Assembly (NCBI RefSeq): GCF_964194155.1
Contig: NC_135894.1
Span: 20,336,001-20,400,000 of the forward strand
Direction: 5' to 3'
Length of the DNA: 64,000 nucleotides
From: Cetorhinus maximus
Lineage: Eukaryota
The notes under the pieces are model-generated. The model saw only the letters and a list, made by a program, of their open reading frames with translations. It ran no database searches and was not told where the DNA came from. The stretch's first letter is position 1; each line of letters starts with the position of its first letter. Below, piece by piece: positions 63,040-64,000 of this stretch. Position numbers and translations under genes: made by a program.

Positions 63040-63560
63040 TCTGGCGGCGCCATACCCTGATTGCCAACATCCCCAACCGACCGACCACCCGAGCCTCGCC
63101 TCGCGGCCGCTTCAGAGCAGTTGGCTCGCAGCCTCGAGCCCGCCTGCGCGGTAACTGAAGCCAGCCCGCGCACGCGCGTTCCTGTGTGCCCCGGCGGGGA
63201 GGACGGACGAACGATGGCGACAGCGGTGCTGAGGTGCCGGTTCTTAGCGGCTTTGAGCGGCGGCGGCGGCGGCAGCAGCTGCTGTTGCGGTGTCAGCGCC
63301 TGTCGCTCCCGGGCTGCCAGGGTAAGTGACGGGAAGTGAAGGTGGATTCAAGCGGGGCTGATCCTGGGGAAGGGGCAGGGGGGGGGGGGATGTTTGCCTG
63401 CCGCTGTGGCTGTCGGGCCCGGAGTGGCAGCAGCCGGGGAGGTCAGTGCCGGGGTTTAAATCCGAGCTCGCGATCGTGGTGCACGTGAGAGCTGTTGACG
63501 CCCCCCCTCCCCCCCGCGCCAATGTCATTGGGAGGCTGATGGAGTAGAGGTTATCCGATG
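63040..63560 (+). promoter_or_regulatory. CpG island / promoter of the probable SUCLA2 gene, with NRF1-like motifs
   Basis: CGCCTGCGCG at 63141-63150 and GCGCACGCGC at ~63168; CpG-dense. Confidence 0.7.
63214..63321 (+). CDS. SUCLA2: Probable succinate-CoA ligase ADP-forming beta subunit, coding exon 1 (mitochondrial transit peptide)
   Basis: ACGATGG Kozak; MATAVLRCRFLAALSGGGGGSSCCCGVSACRSRAAR is Arg/Ala/Ser-rich with no acidic residues; strong phase-0 donor AGG|GTAAGT; head-to-head with NUDT15 as SUCLA2 is in human. Identity rests mainly on synteny. Confidence 0.72.
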
Positions 63561-63689
63561 GGCGTATTGGTGCAAAGCCAACATCCAAATGTCATTGTAA
63601 CCCACGGGCTCTTTGCATGGTACATGCAGACTTGTTCACCCGTATTCTCCCTTGCATTGCCACCCCATTCGGTTCCGATTTCTGCTTAA

Positions 63690-63887
63690 ATAAAAGCAAA
63701 ATGGTGCGGATGCTGCAGAGCTGATAAATAGAAAGCGCTGGAAAAACTCAGCGGGTCTGGCAGCATCTGTGGAGGGAGAACCGAAGAGTCCTATCGGACT
63801 CGAAACGTTAACTCTGTTTCTCTGCCCACAGGTGCTGCCAGACCCGCTGAGCTTATCCAGCATTTTGTTTTTATTTCGGATTTCAGC
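63690..63887. mobile_element. Short palindromic Penelope-derived element in SUCLA2 intron 1
   Basis: Inverted arms CTCAGCGGGTCTGGCAGCATCTGTGG / CCACAGGTGCTGCCAGACCCGCTGAG around a partial hammerhead GAAGAGTC-CTATCG-GACTC-GAAACGTTAACT. Confidence 0.75.
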
Positions 63888-64000
63888 GCAGACATTTTCA
63901 CAGACTCTCTAGACCTGTTTGGAGAAGTGCAGTTGCTGTGCTAGTGTATGCAGTCATAGTAATTCTCAACCTTGTTTTAGCTAGTCTGCTGAAAATAAAA

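Noticed and set aside
62481-63173. 230-aa and overlapping Pro/Ser- or Gly/Arg-rich ORFs as extensin- or protamine-like genes
   Set aside because: They are stop-free readings of a 21-bp purine minisatellite inside a transposon arm.

Overview
Eukaryotic, vertebrate genomic DNA, most likely a cartilaginous fish (inferred from the repeat content: abundant CR1/HER1-like LINEs, Deu-domain SINEs and Penelope-like elements). It contains the conserved syntenic block ITM2B(-, exon 1 only) / MED4(+, complete, 7 coding exons, 252 aa) / NUDT15(-, complete, 3 coding exons, 171 aa) / probable SUCLA2(+, exon 1 only), in the same relative order and orientation as in human. Much of the remainder is degenerate transposable elements: CR1, L2 and another RT-LINE, SINEs, Penelope-like elements, pogo/Tigger remnants, candidate solo LTRs and minisatellites. 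The most notable non-genic observations are: (i) about 10 Penelope-derived insertions, mostly with inverted arms, whose termini carry a minimal type-I hammerhead-ribozyme motif; (ii) a decayed inverted duplicate of NUDT15 exon 1 plus intron about 0.8 kb upstream of the gene; (iii) two near-identical young CR1 copies in inverted orientation bracketing MED4 exons 2-3; (iv) a three-layer nested insertion (L2 > Penelope > CR1) with a nearby empty-site paralogue. No prokaryotic-type system or CRISPR array is supported. All family assignments were made by eye from recalled protein and repeat sequences, without database searches.
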